Positions 17,831 to 32,935 are shown, counted from the first letter of the stretch. The stretch: 64,000 nucleotides of DNA from the human T2T-CHM13v2.0 reference genome, Homo sapiens (GCF_009914755.1 NC_060943.1), one strand, 5' to 3'. The notes: a model not told the origin generated them from the sequence alone. A program made the numbers and translations.

Positions 17831-20545
17831 AGTGTACCTTTTTGAGTCATTTTCCTTGAGTAGCCCTCATGTTTTTGACATCATTTGTCCACTCCTGTTC
17901 CAAAGCACCCTTTCAAGGATTGTTGTATAAGAAATCATTCTAAGAGATGTTGACACTGTCATCATTGGGGGTAAAAGACAGACATGACCATGTAACAAAG
18001 ATTCTGCCTCCTGCTTGAAGGCCCTACATATTTCATGACAGTCTTGATGATGGTGGGATGCTGAGAGAAAAATGATTTTCTGGAAAAGGAAAGGACGGGT
18101 TGAGGGATAAGAGAAGGCACGTGGTCATGGAGTACATGTGTTCATCAAGCTGGAAACAGGGGAGGAGTAGGAAGCCTCCCTGCTCTTCCATGCTAGTGAA
18201 GCTCATGTAAGGGAAGAAGGATTTAAACAAGCAACTGAATGTGCTTTGCTTACTATTCATTCTTTTCCTGGCAGAACAGTGAAGATTCAAGGGTGACTTG
18301 AAAGCATTCTAGCTTCCGTATTTGAGCCTTAAGCAGCCAGCAGGCAGGTGGCACTGGGAGGGTCGAGCTTTGCTGCTGCCTTCCTTACCAGCGCAGACAC
18401 TCTCCTGCTCTGCACTCCAGTTTCTTCCTCTGTCCCTATCCTGACTTCGTCAACATTAAAGAAGAAACTAAATATTCTTGGAATTTGTTGTAAGTGGGGA
18501 ACTCAAACTTCTACAGCTCTGCTGGATATGCATGCCCCTGTTTCCATTCTGGCCTCTGTGGTGCAATGCAGGGAGGGTGGGCTAGGTGCGGGGGAGGCTG
18601 AAAGTCCCCGGGGATAAGCATGGGTCATGGGTGCACGCGTGGGCAGAAAAAGAAAGGCTCCGTATCTGGCCCTCCCTGGTTGCTGAACGTACAAGCAGAA
18701 GAAGGAAGCTTCGCAGAACTTAGGGTGAAGAAACAAAAGATGAAACCTCCCTCTACCCTGGCAGGCCCCATGCTCACCCCATCTACACCCGCGCATTTCC
18801 CACAGGCTGCCTGGGATCCTGTGGTGCAGCCTGCTAGAGTGTAATTTCTCTATCAGGGAAACTGTTTGTACAGCAAATTGGGTGGCCGGAGTTGAAGAGA
18901 TGGCTCTCACGTAACGTATATTTAAAAATTACCTTACTAAAGCACGCTGGAGGAGTTCAACCTGAGCTTCCAGATCACTCTTTATATTTCATGGCTTCCG
19001 CCCCCATCCACGAGGCAGCCTGGAGACTTCCATCCACTGCTTTTTAGGGACCAGGTCCTAGAGAGACAGGGACGATCTCCTGAGACTGAAATCCCACCCT
19101 CAGAGCCTTCTGATCTTTCTGGATTCAGGAGAGTTTCCTCCCAAGGTGAAAATGTGAGGAGGCAGGTTAGGGAAGCATTGTCTTCGCCCTCTCCCTCCAG
19201 TGTTTCCTAACCTTGACCCATTTTGACTTAACCACAAAGGGTCCACCCATCCCTATATCCAGCCTCACACGGGACTTAGAACATGACTCTCTCCGAGGGT
19301 GGGACCCAGCCAGCGGGGGAAGCTCACCAGGAGATTCCGACGTGCAACCAAGTTGAGAGTCAGTCTATGTTCGTGCTTCTCCCACTTTAACCCACATGTG
19401 AAACACCTGGGGTTGCTATATAAGCTGCAGCTACTGATTGAGCAGGTGGGGGTGGGGCTGTGCCTGAGGGTCTGTGTTTCTCAGAAGCTACGGGTCTGCA
19501 GGTGACACTCTGGGCACCCAGTCCTCTTTGCTCAAGTAAATGAAACACGATGATTGAAATGTAAAGAAATTGGCCTGAGGTGAAAAGGAAAACTCAAAAC
19601 ACCTGTAAGACGTGTCATAGTTCAGAGAATTTTATTCATATGGAAAGAAATTAACCAAGCAGAATTTTACAATGACTTTTAATAACAAAAGTTCCAAGGC
19701 TAATAGAGTACATCATTATAAATGAAATTCATTCACAAACTTGAATTTACTCTATTGTTTACTTGTGGTATGATAATAATAATAGTAAGATATATTTTAC
19801 CATGTGCCATTCATGACGTGCTTTGCATAACTTATTGAATCCACTGAATAACTCCAACACTGAGAATATTGGTACCTCAACTTTACACATGCGCTAGCTG
19901 AGATGCCCTCTCTACCACAGTGGAAATCAGAGTCTAGGTAGCTTCATAAAATAAATGGAGTATTTCCCTTGTTTGATGTCCTGGAAAAATGTATACCATA
20001 TAAAAAAGAACAGTTTCTTAAATGTTTGAATTCAATGATTTAAAAAAAACACATTCTTCCAAGAAAAAAAAATTTCCCATTTTCCAAGGCTAAGCGTTTC
20101 TCACTACAACTCTCCTTCACAGTCAAATATTCTTGAGTCAGGAGACACTGACGTTTTCCACTACCATCAAAGGGCCCTTTGCCCAGAATTACTCAAATTT
20201 CAGTGGTTTGCTCCCTCCCTCAGATGAGTTTCAGAGCTTTCTATTGACACTAGTGGAGCATTGTTTGCTTATGTTGACTCAGTTTCTCATATAATTGTAT
20301 GTAATTGAAAAAGAAATCTATAGGACACTTTCAACAGCCCCATTTTAATACAGGTTAAATTTACACAATGTAAATAGGCAGGTTCGTTGATCCCCGATAG
20401 TATCTGGGGTCCACGTTTGAACAGACACCGCTGCCAGGGAGGGGCTGACCCCGCACAGGGCTGCTTCCTGCCTCTCCCCTTCTCAGCCTTTCAGCCACTT
20501 CCAAGTCGCATGGGCTTGAAGCTGGGTCTTCTTGCCTTGGGGGCC

Positions 20546-23500
20546 TCAGTCACTGTCACTGTCCTCAGAGGAGGAAGTGACCAGAAAGTCCTCATAGAGG
20601 ACACTCGTTGAGACCTGGGGACCCCGCCCCTCAGGCTGCCTTGAGAAGCGAGGGCTCTGAGCAGAAGCAGAGTTTTCAGGAGGACGGGATGTGGGAGGCG
20701 TTCTGAACCTGGGGCTCTTCTGTCCCTTGTCCCCTCTCATGAAGGTGACACTGCCGGGCCTCCCTGGAACATGAATGGGTGGTCCAGGCTGGAGGACGGG
20801 GCAGCCCTGGGCTGGGCCCAGGAAAGGTGAGCTGGGTGCGGGCTGGAGGTTGACTCTGGGCTGCAGGGTTGCTGTCTTGGTGGCTGCTGTCTGTGCAGTC
20901 GCCTCGGGTGCCTGTTTGGATCCAAGTCCAGTTGCAGTGCGGGGAGGCTGGAGTGTCTGCACAGCGCCCACATCCGGGAGCTGAGTTCTCAGTGCAGGGG
21001 TCTGGAAGGAGCTGAATCTTGCTTTCTTTGCGGGGTTCTGGAAAGTCTGGGTGGGGACGGGGCCAGGCTCCTTGTCTGGTGCCTGGGTTCTGGAGTCCTG
21101 GCCACACTGTTTTCTGACTTGCTGTGGTCTGGGCTTTGCATCTGCAACGGGATGTTTGATTTCTGCCTGGGATTTAAGGCCAGGACCCAGGGCAAGCGCC
21201 TGCATGGCAGGCTGGAGAGCACCATGGGAGGACATGTCAGGCCTGTTGGCTGGCAGCCTGGCACTGAGAGTGGGGGTCTGGTGGGAGCTCTTCAGAACAG
21301 GGAGCAGGGAGGCAGTAACGTCCCTGCCATGTCCCTTGGTGGGTCCACAGGTGCTCAGTTGAGGTCAATCGTTGTGACCCGAAGGGCAGAGTAATCTCAT
21401 CTCGGGTTTGTTGACAGGCGGTGGACCTGTGGACACAGGGCCCAGGACAGATCTCTTCTTGGTGGTGTGGACAGGCAGTGGCATGGTAGGATGCTACGGG
21501 AGAAAACATCCCACATGAGACAGCTCAGCAGTAGAATTTCCAAACTCTGAAGCAGGGAACTCACATGCAAAACCACATCACAACAGACACTGTGTGAAGA
21601 TGAGAAGCAAGCTAGGACAGAGGAAAATGGACAGGCTGACATGAGAAACAGAGAATAACAGGCACTGGGACTGCGTCTAAATCAGGATCAAATATAGGGA
21701 AGACCCTCCAAAAGAGACAGGACGTAGGAAATTAAACGTCACAGAAAAGGATGTACACATGGTCACTGAATATATGCAGAATTGTCACTTCAGGAATAGT
21801 GTTGGGGAAAGATAGCCAACCATTCTGTTTGCTGCGACTATCACATATGAAAATTAAAACCGTCTTTATGTTCTCTATTGTTAATATCAAGGGAATATCA
21901 ATTCCCCAAACAACGTGGAGACTGGAAATGTCACAGCTCCTTTTGAAAGCAGTTGTAAGATCATGCATAAAAATGAAGGAGACGCCTTATCTGCAGCCAG
22001 TATCCCGAAGGCATCTGATCAGTCACTCCCCACGGGCACTGAAATGCGCCCAGCAGCATTTGCTGGCCAACTTGCAAATAAAGGTACAGAAACCAATGTT
22101 TTAACAAAGAAGCTGGAAACTGGAGTATGCAAAGTCCTCAGGTAGCGTAGTTCTCCTGCAGGGCAGCCTAGGTCTTAACATGACCCCCACCCATGAAGGG
22201 CACAGAAGTGAAGGAATCAGGGGACCTAGAGGAGAAACAGAGCAGGGGCAGGGGGAGACTCACCCTCAGGAATGAACAGGCTTCCGCTGGCTCCTTCCAG
22301 GCTTCCTGCGTTTTCTCTTGGGGAGTTCTGGGAAATGTCTGCTTCGGAGCTTCGCTCTGCTGCTGCTGGGGACTGCAGAAGAAATCACGTTCACTGTCTG
22401 GACCCGCCTGACCCTCCTTGTCCACACCAGTGACTGGGAACCAAGCACCCTCCCGGAACCCAGCCCTAGCCCTTGCTTTGGGTGAGGGAGGCGTTCAGGC
22501 CTCTGTGAACTTTGCCAAGACAGCCCCTTCTCTCATCTCAGAAGCAGCCCCACTTCCAGGAAGCTCCGCCCCCCACCCCCACCATGGCCCCAGGTTCTCT
22601 AAGTTCATTCAGGCCCTGGAACTGCTCTGCCTGCCTCGGGTAACATCCCCAGGTCTCCCACAGCCCCTGCCCTCTAGAGACTCTCAGCGCTGGAATAAGC
22701 TCGGAGTGCGGACCCTGGAAGGCAGGGGCCTCCGTCCACCTCCATTTGGAGCTTTCCTTGTGTGCTTAGAGAAGGCTGCACAGAAAGACTAGGGGAGACA
22801 CCAGCTCCTGAGGCGCCGACCTCACGGATCTTCCTTGACCCTGCAAAATCCTTACCTTGGACTTCGCTCCTTTTCTCTGTCATTCGTCGTAAAGGGCCCT
22901 GGAGTCGTAAAGGGTAGCTGGGCCTTTGCTGGTTTCAGGTTCTCCTTCTCCTTGTGTGAGCCCAGGACCTGCAGAGGAAGGGCCCCACTCCACCTCTTAA
23001 TGGGGCAGGTCTTGCTCCTGGCTGAGTGCCCAAAGGCCCCGCAGTTCTTGCATTTCACCTGCAGGTGGAGGAGGACACAGAGCAGTGAGTCAACAGCAAT
23101 CACAGGCACCTGCAAGGTTCACACAAGGCCTGGGTTTTGGAGATGGATTATTTTAGGAGGGGGACATACGCCCATGGGCTGTTGGTTGCCAGGAAATTCA
23201 AGATATTATCGTCCTCCCCAGAGCCCGTTTAACAGGGATCCCAGGAGGAAGGACGCTTGTGTCTGAGAGTGAAGATAATGAACCGGTGTTGAGGACTCGG
23301 CAAACACCAGGCTGGACATGACACTGGACAGAGTATGAGGCTGCTCCTCAGAGACTCCGAATGGGCCAATCTGCTAGGGAGGAGAGCACAGACCTGTCAG
23401 CCTGAGTCCAGTGGGAGCACCTAAGTCATAATCATGGTTCCCATGTTCAAGCCCACTCTCTGGTGTCCATAGGTTACCAACATTTTCAAGCCCCCACTGA

Positions 23501-23621
23501 CCCTGGATTCCTCCTGCTCTGCTGGGAGAGTCGTCTGCCCCATGGGTCTCCTCTGCTGCTCCTGTGGGTTCTTGGCTCCGGGGGGCCCCTGAGCCTGATG
23601 ATGGATGGGATGACCGGCCAT
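20546..23621 (-). pseudogene. FAM90A28P: FAM90A family copy with a premature stop; exons 23502-23621, 22856-23058, 22264-22372, 20546-21493
   Basis: Mirror of FAM90A27P with intact GT-AG sites; TCA>TGA at 21365-21367 (codon 187). Confidence 0.9.
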
Positions 23622-24877
23622 CTGTGGCAGGTCCTTGAACTTCTGATCATTCTTCTTCATTAAGTGGTTGTTGGATTTCCTAGTCATAAGAAAAAGAGAA
23701 AACATTACACAGACACCAGACAGAAGTCCCTCCTACCCCTGTCTACCCAAGTAGGGATGGAGGGATGCACTGGCCACTGAGTCACGCCCACTGTAACTTG
23801 GTCCTCTCTGAACCCAGGTCCCAGTTGTGCTATTCTCTCCCATCCTGACCTACTCCCAGAACAGGACACAGATTTTATAAACCAAAGGCTGCTTGATTTC
23901 TAGAGGGCGAAGTGAGATTTGCAGCCTTGCATAAAAGTTTTCTGGGCTCTCGGTTTGTGTGCAGTCAGTGCCTCAGAGCTGAAACCCTCTGACAATATTT
24001 ATCAAAGCCAAGACATGAACAGCCAACAACTACTGATTTTTTTCCAGCAAGTTCCAGAAAACCAACTATTTTCATAGAATAGCTTCTCACTCAGAAAACC
24101 AACCAGAAGCTCAAAGCTTTGCAAAGTTTTCATATTCAACCTATGGACACTCGTGACGTTTCACGTGAGACCCCTGTGACCACACGCCACTCTTCACACA
24201 GAGGCAGGCACAAAGCCAAGCGAGGACCAGCCCTCTGAGGATCCTGCGACGCTGACACGTATGTGCGTGTTCACGCCAGGCTTCGCACACATCACTGGCC
24301 GTGTCATGGGGGGACACGCAAGACAGAAGCCTCCAGGCGTGTTCAGCAGAAACCTCGAGCCCACACTGTGCTTCAGAGTCTCCCATGCCGTCCCTACCTT
24401 ACTCCCTAATACTTATCTTACCTCTCCTCTTGGTATCAAGGTCTCTGTGAAATTGTGGGTGGCTGGTCCACTGAAGCCTGGCATTTTTTATTCGAGACAC
24501 AGCGGGCGGTCGGATCCTCTCCTGGCTTCAGAGGAAATCGCAGAAGAACCTCCACAGAGGCGAGAACAACCCATTTCTCTGTCATCAAGTCAATCTAATG
24601 CAGAGAAAGGAGAATGGAGAGGCAACCTGAGTTCTGCAGGCAGGAGGAAGCCTTGGCAGAGGAGAGGAGGAACTCCCATCTTCCTGAGATTTTAAAGGGA
24701 ATGCTGGGCAGGCTCACATTTCATTGTTTTTTTTTTCTTTTTTTTTAAAGAAGTCGTTATGTGAAAAAGATACTTGCACACATATGTTTACAGCAGCACA
24801 ATTCGCAATTGCAAAAATATGGAACCAGCCCAAATGCCCATTAATCAATGAGTGGATAAAGGGACTATGGTGTGTGT

Positions 24878-24878
24878 G

Positions 24879-24942
<64 letters not shown>
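24878..24942. repeat. (TATC)n tetranucleotide STR within L1
   Basis: About 16 perfect units. Confidence 0.97.
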
Positions 24943-24943
<1 letters not shown>

Positions 24944-26139
24944 GATGGAATACTACTCAGCCATAAAAGGAAGAAATTAATGGCCTTCGCAGCAACCTGG
25001 ATGGGATTGGGGACTATTATTCTCTGTGAATAAGTCACGAATGCAAAACCAAACACCTTATGTTCTCACTCATGTGCGGGAGCTAAGCTATGAGGATGCA
25101 AAGGCAATCTCACAGTTCTTTACTCCAGAGCTGGTGAGGAGTTGGCTGATGACCTTCAAATGGCACCAAGAGTGACAGCCCAGGGTATTGGGAAGTGCTG
25201 CTGTTCCCAGGTGGGAACTAAGGGGCCATGGCAGTGGCATTTTCCCATGTCCCTTTGAGGAATTACGTATCGATTTTAATGGGTCAGTGCCCGTGTATGG
25301 AGGGTGTGAAACTCTGAATATGAGCCGGTCATGGATGGGGAGCCTGCTTCAGCCTTCCCCCAGGCTTGGACTCCACCCATTCCACCTGCCTCCCAGGTGA
25401 CCCCGCAGCTCCCGTACTCACATCTCTTTGTGGGATCCCGCACTGCTTTAAGAACTGCTTCCCCTGTTCCATGGAGAGAGTGTTGGGGTCCATCACTGCT
25501 GGTCCTGCCCGAGGGATTCTCTTTCCCTGTGGAGGGTAGAAAATGAGACGCTGATTCCTTCCTATCCCTGGACTCTCCCAGGCACAGGATGCAGTCAGCC
25601 CCATCTCTCTGCTGTGCCCACCGTGTCCCTAGGAGTAAACTCACACATCCTGTCATTCAAACTACAGGGACACATCCTTCCTCTGCCAGTGACATGACAC
25701 CAATGTGAATGAGAAAAGCAGGTGATCCATTAAAAGAATTGTTCACTGGACTTAGCGTGTTTGATATGTATGCAATGCAGGTCCCTCCTCTGGAGACTCT
25801 CATAGTATACCATCAAACATCCGGAAAAATTGATCGTGGAATTGGCCTCAAAGAAAATTCAATATATTAGAAAACTGAATATTTTAACCATCTGTACACC
25901 CTCCTTGTCAAAACTAGATATACCTACATTTTATAAGTTCTTTCTAATATTAAGGACGTTTTAAACTATGAAGCACATTCCTTGAACTTTCTGAAATCAG
26001 ACTCCTTGAGATCAAACAAGATATTCAAGGGAAACCATCAAGTGCTAAGAAAATACAAAATAAAGCACTTTTATGTCCAAACTGATGAGCAGTGCAAAAT
26101 GTGGGTTCAGGGGAAATGTCTTTGGCTAAATGACCACAG

Positions 26140-26685
26140 TGCTAGGGAAACAGGAGCATAGGAGAGTGAGGGCGACACCATTTAGAAATCAACTCCATCT
26201 GAAAACTAGTGAGGCACAGTCCTGGCCAGTCACCACCCTGGTCCTAAGACGTTTGTGGCTGAGGAAGCAGCTTAGCAATGCCTGGATGGACAGACTCCTA
26301 TGAAAGCAAAATGTCCAGATGCCCCATATCCAAAGCAATAGATACCTTCAAGATAATGATAGCTATGCTTCCTGAGCTACACACTAGAATGTCAAGGAGA
26401 GTTTTCTTTAAATCAACAGAATACTAAACATTGTCATGCTCTCAGCCCACCACATGTAGACACAGCTTAGTTGAATCTTCACGTGGACAAAACCCCTATA
26501 TCAGAAAAACTTAAAGACAGTGCATTCTTCTGGTTGCGTTCTGAGGTCACCGTACTCTGTAATATAGTAGCTGTCAATAAACTCTCTTCACACTGCTCTC
26601 TGCAATTTGCCTGGAATTCCTTCCTGCATGAGATCCAAGAACCCTCCCTCAGGGTCTGGATCGGGCCTCTTTTTTTTCCACAACA
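26140..26685 (+). mobile_element. ERV1 solo LTR, MER41-like
   Basis: TG...CA ends, AATAAA near 26576, and a 3' end ccaagaaccctccctcagggtctggatcgggc typical of the MER41 group. Confidence 0.65.
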
Positions 26686-27406
26686 ACATGATTGAAAAAA
26701 GATAAAATCTGGGGGAAGCACTCAGGCCTATGGAGACAGCTTACAGACAGAACAACGAAAGATTGCAAAAGAAATAAAAAGATGGAAATGGTAAATCAAA
26801 CAATAAATTGGAGCTAATGAAAAAATAAATAGAATACAGCAGGAAAACGTACTCTTTCTTTGAGAGCAGTAGTAGGATACATTACCATGGGTTACCACAG
26901 AAAGATAATAAAATTTATCTTAATAGATCATATCAGGGAAAAGAAAAGGCAATAATGCCATGAAAATAGAAAAAAAATGATCAAGGAATGCTATCTGGAG
27001 CAAACGCACTTGAGAAATCTAGAATAAAGTGCGCGTTCCTTTTCAAAATCAAAATTGAGAAGTGAAGAAGCATTTTTAACTACATATTTAAGTAGGATCA
27101 TTCTTTACACCATCATTATAGACTAGGCACTCACAGCTTAAGTCTTGCTTGCCTTAATCTTTGGGTAGAGGCTCAGGGCCCTGAATTTATACTAGCTCCT
27201 AGCAAAGGTCAATGAGTATACTGGAATAAAAGATAAGTGAAGAAATCTCTTATCTAATAGCTTCTTCGTCAAAGGCACCAGGTCTCCATAACTGATCATC
27301 CAGCACCCACACAATTCAGGGTGCTGGGTGATCATTCTTAGCAAATGTTGACCTTTATGTAATCATTAGGATTTCTGAAATATTTTTTGAATCTGGCTAT
27401 GTCCTA

Positions 27407-27598
<192 letters not shown>

Positions 27599-28535
27599 TT
27601 AAGTATTCTTTACCTCAACATCTAAAACCGCACGCTAAAGAGTTTTCCCACTATTCTATTTCTCCCATTGGGATAAATGAACGCCCGAAATAGTAATGGA
27701 CTAACCTGTTCTTCTTGCCTACCAGCAGCAACTCAGGTAAGTGGACCCAGGGCAAACTTCACTCCTTACGCTGGGGCTTCCACAGTGAAGGAAACAAAGC
27801 TCACTGAGGGGAAGGTCCCTTCTGCTGGCATTTATACTGCTCCAGAGCCCCGCAGCCACTCCCCCTGGCTAACCTAATCGCGATATGATCTAATTACCTC
27901 TCCCTCTCTTGATTTATTTGGTGATCCTGTTCCTAGCACTTTTGTTTTATCACAGATGTATACATCTAAAACAAATAATTTGCTGTATGCTCATCTCATA
28001 AAATTTTAAAGTTTAACATAGAAGCATATGGTTTGAACAACACAAACTACTTTCTGCATGTTTCAAATATTGAGGCATACATCAACAGCCTGGCTGCCTC
28101 ATTCTGCGTTTTGCACCGAGGTGGGCAGCTCGGTCTCCCCATGGCAGGGAGCTCAGTGGCAATGTGTACTGGAGATTCTGGCCTTTGTGGGGCCAAAGAT
28201 AAGTGGTCTAAGAACAGCCTGGTTCACTATGTGTCGGGGGAATAGATGAGGTTGTGCTGTATGGCCGTAGGGGATGGGTCACCCAAAGTCTCAGACGGGG
28301 AGAACTGTAACAAGCCAACAGCTCAGTTTCAGCGACAGCTCCTGGAAAGTCAGTGGCTCTTGCTTTTTATCCCTGACGGGAACAGGAAGGCAAGGAGGCC
28401 TCCAGGGTGTGGACAGGAGCTCAGCAACTGAGTGGGATTAAGAGATCCTGAGGTCTAGATAGCACCTGGTTATTGAGGGTGGAGTGTAGACTCACCTCTC
28501 TGCTAGATGAGGGGGCTGAGTCAGGACGTGGGAGT

Positions 28536-28949
28536 TGATATAGTTTGGATGTGTGTCCCCTAATCTCCTGTTGAACTGTCATCCCCAGTGTTAGACCTGG
28601 GGCCTGGTGGGAGATGATTGGATCGTGGCGGCGGTTTTCTCATGAATGGTTTAGCCTCCTCCCCTGTGGTTGTGTCCTTTCCAGAGTGAGTGAGTTCTCC
28701 TGAGATCTGGTCATTTAACGGTGTCCAGCAGCTGCCTCCTCACTCTCTTGTCCCTGCTTTTGCCATGTGAAATGTCTAATCCCTCTTTGCCTTCCACCAT
28801 GAGTAAAAGCTTCCTGAGGCCTCTCAGAAGCAAAAGCTGCCATGCTTCCTGTGCAGCCTGCCGAACTGTGAGCCAGTTAATCCTCTTTTCTTTATAAATG
28901 ACCCAGCCTCCGGTATTTCTTTATAGCAGTGCAAGAACAGGCTGATACA
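28536..28949. mobile_element. MST-type ERVL-MaLR solo LTR
   Basis: tgatatagtttggatgtgtgtcccc...ctgataca with a 5-bp TSD GGAGT. Confidence 0.9.
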
Positions 28950-29129
28950 GGAGTGGTCCCAAGAATTCTCACAGCGATATCAGGATGTGGGGTCCCTCTA
29001 TCCCATTCGGGTGGGTTTCTCACCCACATGAAGCAGAACTGCTGAAACTTGTTTCCTGACACATTTTTATTTGCATTAATAATTTACCTCCCCCACATTT
29101 ATACTAAAAATCCACATACAATGATTCAG

Positions 29130-29860
29130 TTAGACGGGAGGAATAATTATTTGAGATACGGTATAGCATTGTGACTATGGTTAACAATAAGGTATATTAT
29201 TAACATGCAAAATTAGAAAGAGAGTGAATTTCAATTGTCCTCACCAAAAAAGTATGTCAGGAATTGAGATATTAATTTGATTGACTTAAAATTTCCACAG
29301 CATATACATCTATCAAATTAGTGCAATACACCCCATAAATATATACAATTATTATTTATCAATTAAATTTGTTTTTTAAATTCACACACAAATGAAAATG
29401 GAAAAATGGCCAGTAGCTGATTTCTGCACCCAATTCTTTCACCCCCAATCATACACTACATACTGTGTGACCCTACGCAAAAATAAAATCTCATGTCTAG
29501 CACTATCAATTACGGGAAAAAGAGTATTTTTTTAAACAAAGATGTTTCCAATTACAGTGGATTGTTTTTTATTGCAAATATTTCATAGATTCAAAAAGGA
29601 TTTTAAGGCGTCTCTTATTAAGTATATTTAATTTACTTTTAATTGACAAATAGTTCTTATGCATACTCACGGGTCCGTGGCGTCCTTAGGATAGGTTTAA
29701 TGCGTGGTGATTAGGTTAGGGTGATTAACATGTCCATCATCTCAAGCCTGCGTCATGTCTCTGTGTTGGGGACTTTCCCTCTCCTCCCTCTAGCTACTGG
29801 AAACCCTGCGTTATTGGTAACGATAGCCATCCTGCAGTGCCATGGGGCACAACACGGTGG
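29130..29860. mobile_element. Old L1M 3' fragments in both orientations
   Basis: gtatagcattgtgactatggttaacaat...ccccataaatatatacaatt (+) and a minus-strand fragment at ~29620-29860. Confidence 0.55.
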
Positions 29861-31109
29861 GTTCCTAGGCGCGCTCCCCAGCCTGGGCCCTCTGGAGGCG
29901 TCTCCCGGCAGTACTGAGCCACGTGGCGTGGACTGCACGGGGTCGGTGACTTCAAAAGCCCCACTTAGATCCTCTGCACTTACCCCCTGCAGAGCACCGA
30001 CAGCCCTGCTCTGGAAGCGCGGGTCTGCTTAGATGTCCTAAGCAACTTCTTGCACCAGGCGCCGCCAATGAGGAGTTCGGTGGATTTCTAACCAAGTCCC
30101 ATTTCACCGAGAGCGGAGTCCCGCGGGGACCAGGAGGTTCCTTCTCGCTCCGGGAGAGGGCGCTCCTGCCCGGCGTTTGTAGCGGCGGCTTCCTGGCTGC
30201 TTCCCAGCGTGGATTTGCACCCGGTCGATTTCCTGCGGGTGGGCGGTGCATGACCCTGGTTGGACGCCCTGTTTACCCCTCTTCTCCTTGGGCTGGAACT
30301 CCCAGAGCTGGAGGCAGTGCAGCCACGGCTGCGAACTCAACACCAGCACATTCTTAGAAATGGAAAACCCTTTCTTTACCTCTGATGTTCATACCTGAGA
30401 GTTTAAAAAATACTTACAAGTTTTATTCCAGGTGGCGGGCTCACTTGAAAAGCAAAGATAGATGTAGATAATCTTTTGTGATTTTATGCATTCATATGTG
30501 AAACGCATTTAGAATGATATCCAGTATGCAATAAATGTTAAAAATTTTTGTCTCTTTCACTCCAGTTTGAAACCGTCATTATTTTTTTTAATTTCTTGAC
30601 TCCAAAGTCATGCATTGAATATTTCCTCAGCACTTCAGCTCCTGGGGCTGGAGAAGCACACTGGAAAATGAGTGAGTGTGCTTTCAGCGATATCCGCATT
30701 TCTAGAACAGCATTTATTTTTGCATATGCATGTAGGACACAGATACACAGGGCGGGTTTGGGGCGGGACCTCGTGCGGTGCAGGCGCTGTGGGAAGCGTT
30801 GCCCTAACGGCTGGTCTCCAGGGCTGCAGGTCTGGGCCTGTGTCTGGCACCCACGTGCGGGTGTGCGCGAGAAGCGCCGTTAAAGACAGAGCTCATCCTG
30901 TTAGCTGTCCCTCTCATCCCCGCCCCTGCAACCTGAGTTTCCCAGATTCCTTACGTCCCGCAATGTCCGAGTTGATGCGCTGAAAGAGCAAAGAGATCAA
31001 AAAAAGAAAGGTGGGAGAACCGCGCCACACATTGGTTGGGATATTTAGGTTTTACAGCCGTTGGCGAAGGCAATTTAGCAATTATCCAACCATAGAAGTA
31101 ACGTGCATT

Positions 31110-31740
<631 letters not shown>

Positions 31741-32069
31741 AACAACATGCAATCACGGTGGAGCCGCAGTACACGTGTCAGAACCACCCAATAATCTGCA
31801 TGTTCGCACATCAGTGTGTTCAGCCACCTACACTCCCGGCAGCGTTTCACAGCAGGAGACAGACAAGCACATGCGACTCTGTACAGGGGTAAACAGGAGC
31901 GATTCAGTAACATGCTTCATTCATACGCACCAGGAAATAGGATGCAGTGTTTCCGAGAAGGAGGTATAGAAACATCTTCCACACTCATCACTGACTGGGT
32001 GAAGCAACACGAACAATGACTCCAACATGAACACATTTATATGAATTTTGAAGGAAGACAAAATGCCTT

Positions 32070-32320
32070 AATCATGTATATGTGTATGTGTATATACAAA
32101 TAGACCTATGTATATGTCCATCTATGCAAACATATACGTGTGTCTACGTAGAGATTTGTCTATATTTGTATCTGTGTCTATCTCTATAGATCTATGTCTC
32201 TGTATCTCTACATTTAGATATAGATATGAAGATATAGATCTATATCTGTCTATATATAAGATCTTTGTACATGTATCTATATAGAGAGATGTATTTATTT
32301 ATACAGAGATATCAATATAT
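32070..32320. repeat. TA/TAGA-rich low-complexity tract
   Basis: Direct inspection. Confidence 0.75.
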
Positions 32321-32444
32321 AAAGGAGGATACACCTCAAACTGGTAACAATCGTTATGCCTGGGATCAGCCTTGTATCTTTGCTGGGGTATTTATAGCTC
32401 ACTTTATTTAACTGTTTAAACATTTTATCATTAAATTGGATCCT

Positions 32445-32935
32445 GTACATATCCGTTTCCCATGACTCCACCATTACACAACGTCAGCGCCTTACAACAG
32501 CACCCATTTATTTTCTCCCCATAGGTCAGAAGCCCACAGTGCTTGGCTGTGTCCTCCACTCAGGGTCTCACAAGGACCGAATCCCGGGGTCAGCTGCCTG
32601 GGCTTTTCTCTCCAAGCTCGGGGGAGAATCTGCTTCCACGATCATTTAGGCGGCTGACAAATCTCCTTTTCTTCTCATGATTTCTACCTGCCTATCCTCT
32701 TCAGAGCCAGCAGCAGCCTGTGAAATCCCCCTCTTCCCTCTAAGCCGTGACTTCCTCTTCTGCGGTGTCTCTAACTTCTTTGTCTGCTTTAAGAGCTCAC
32801 TTGATTACGTTAGACTCCTGGATCATCCAGGATAATCTCCCGAGTTCATTTCAGCTGATTGTTAATTACATCCACAAAGTCTCTTTTGCCTACGTGGAAC
32901 TTAACATAACCACACGATAACATCAGGGATTGGAG
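32445..32935. mobile_element. MLT1-type MaLR LTR
   Basis: ctcagggtctcacaagg...gggagaatctgcttcca...atccaggataatctcc. Confidence 0.7.

Larger units (their letters stand above)
18830..26670 (-). repeat. Right arm of the inverted segmental duplication
   Basis: Mirror of 1-8180; the inner end cctgctagagtgtaatttctc pairs with ~8160-8180. Confidence 0.97.

Noticed and set aside
18335-18358. CTCF-like cagcaggcaggtggcac
   Set aside because: Only a partial match to the core motif; needs PWM scoring and ChIP data.
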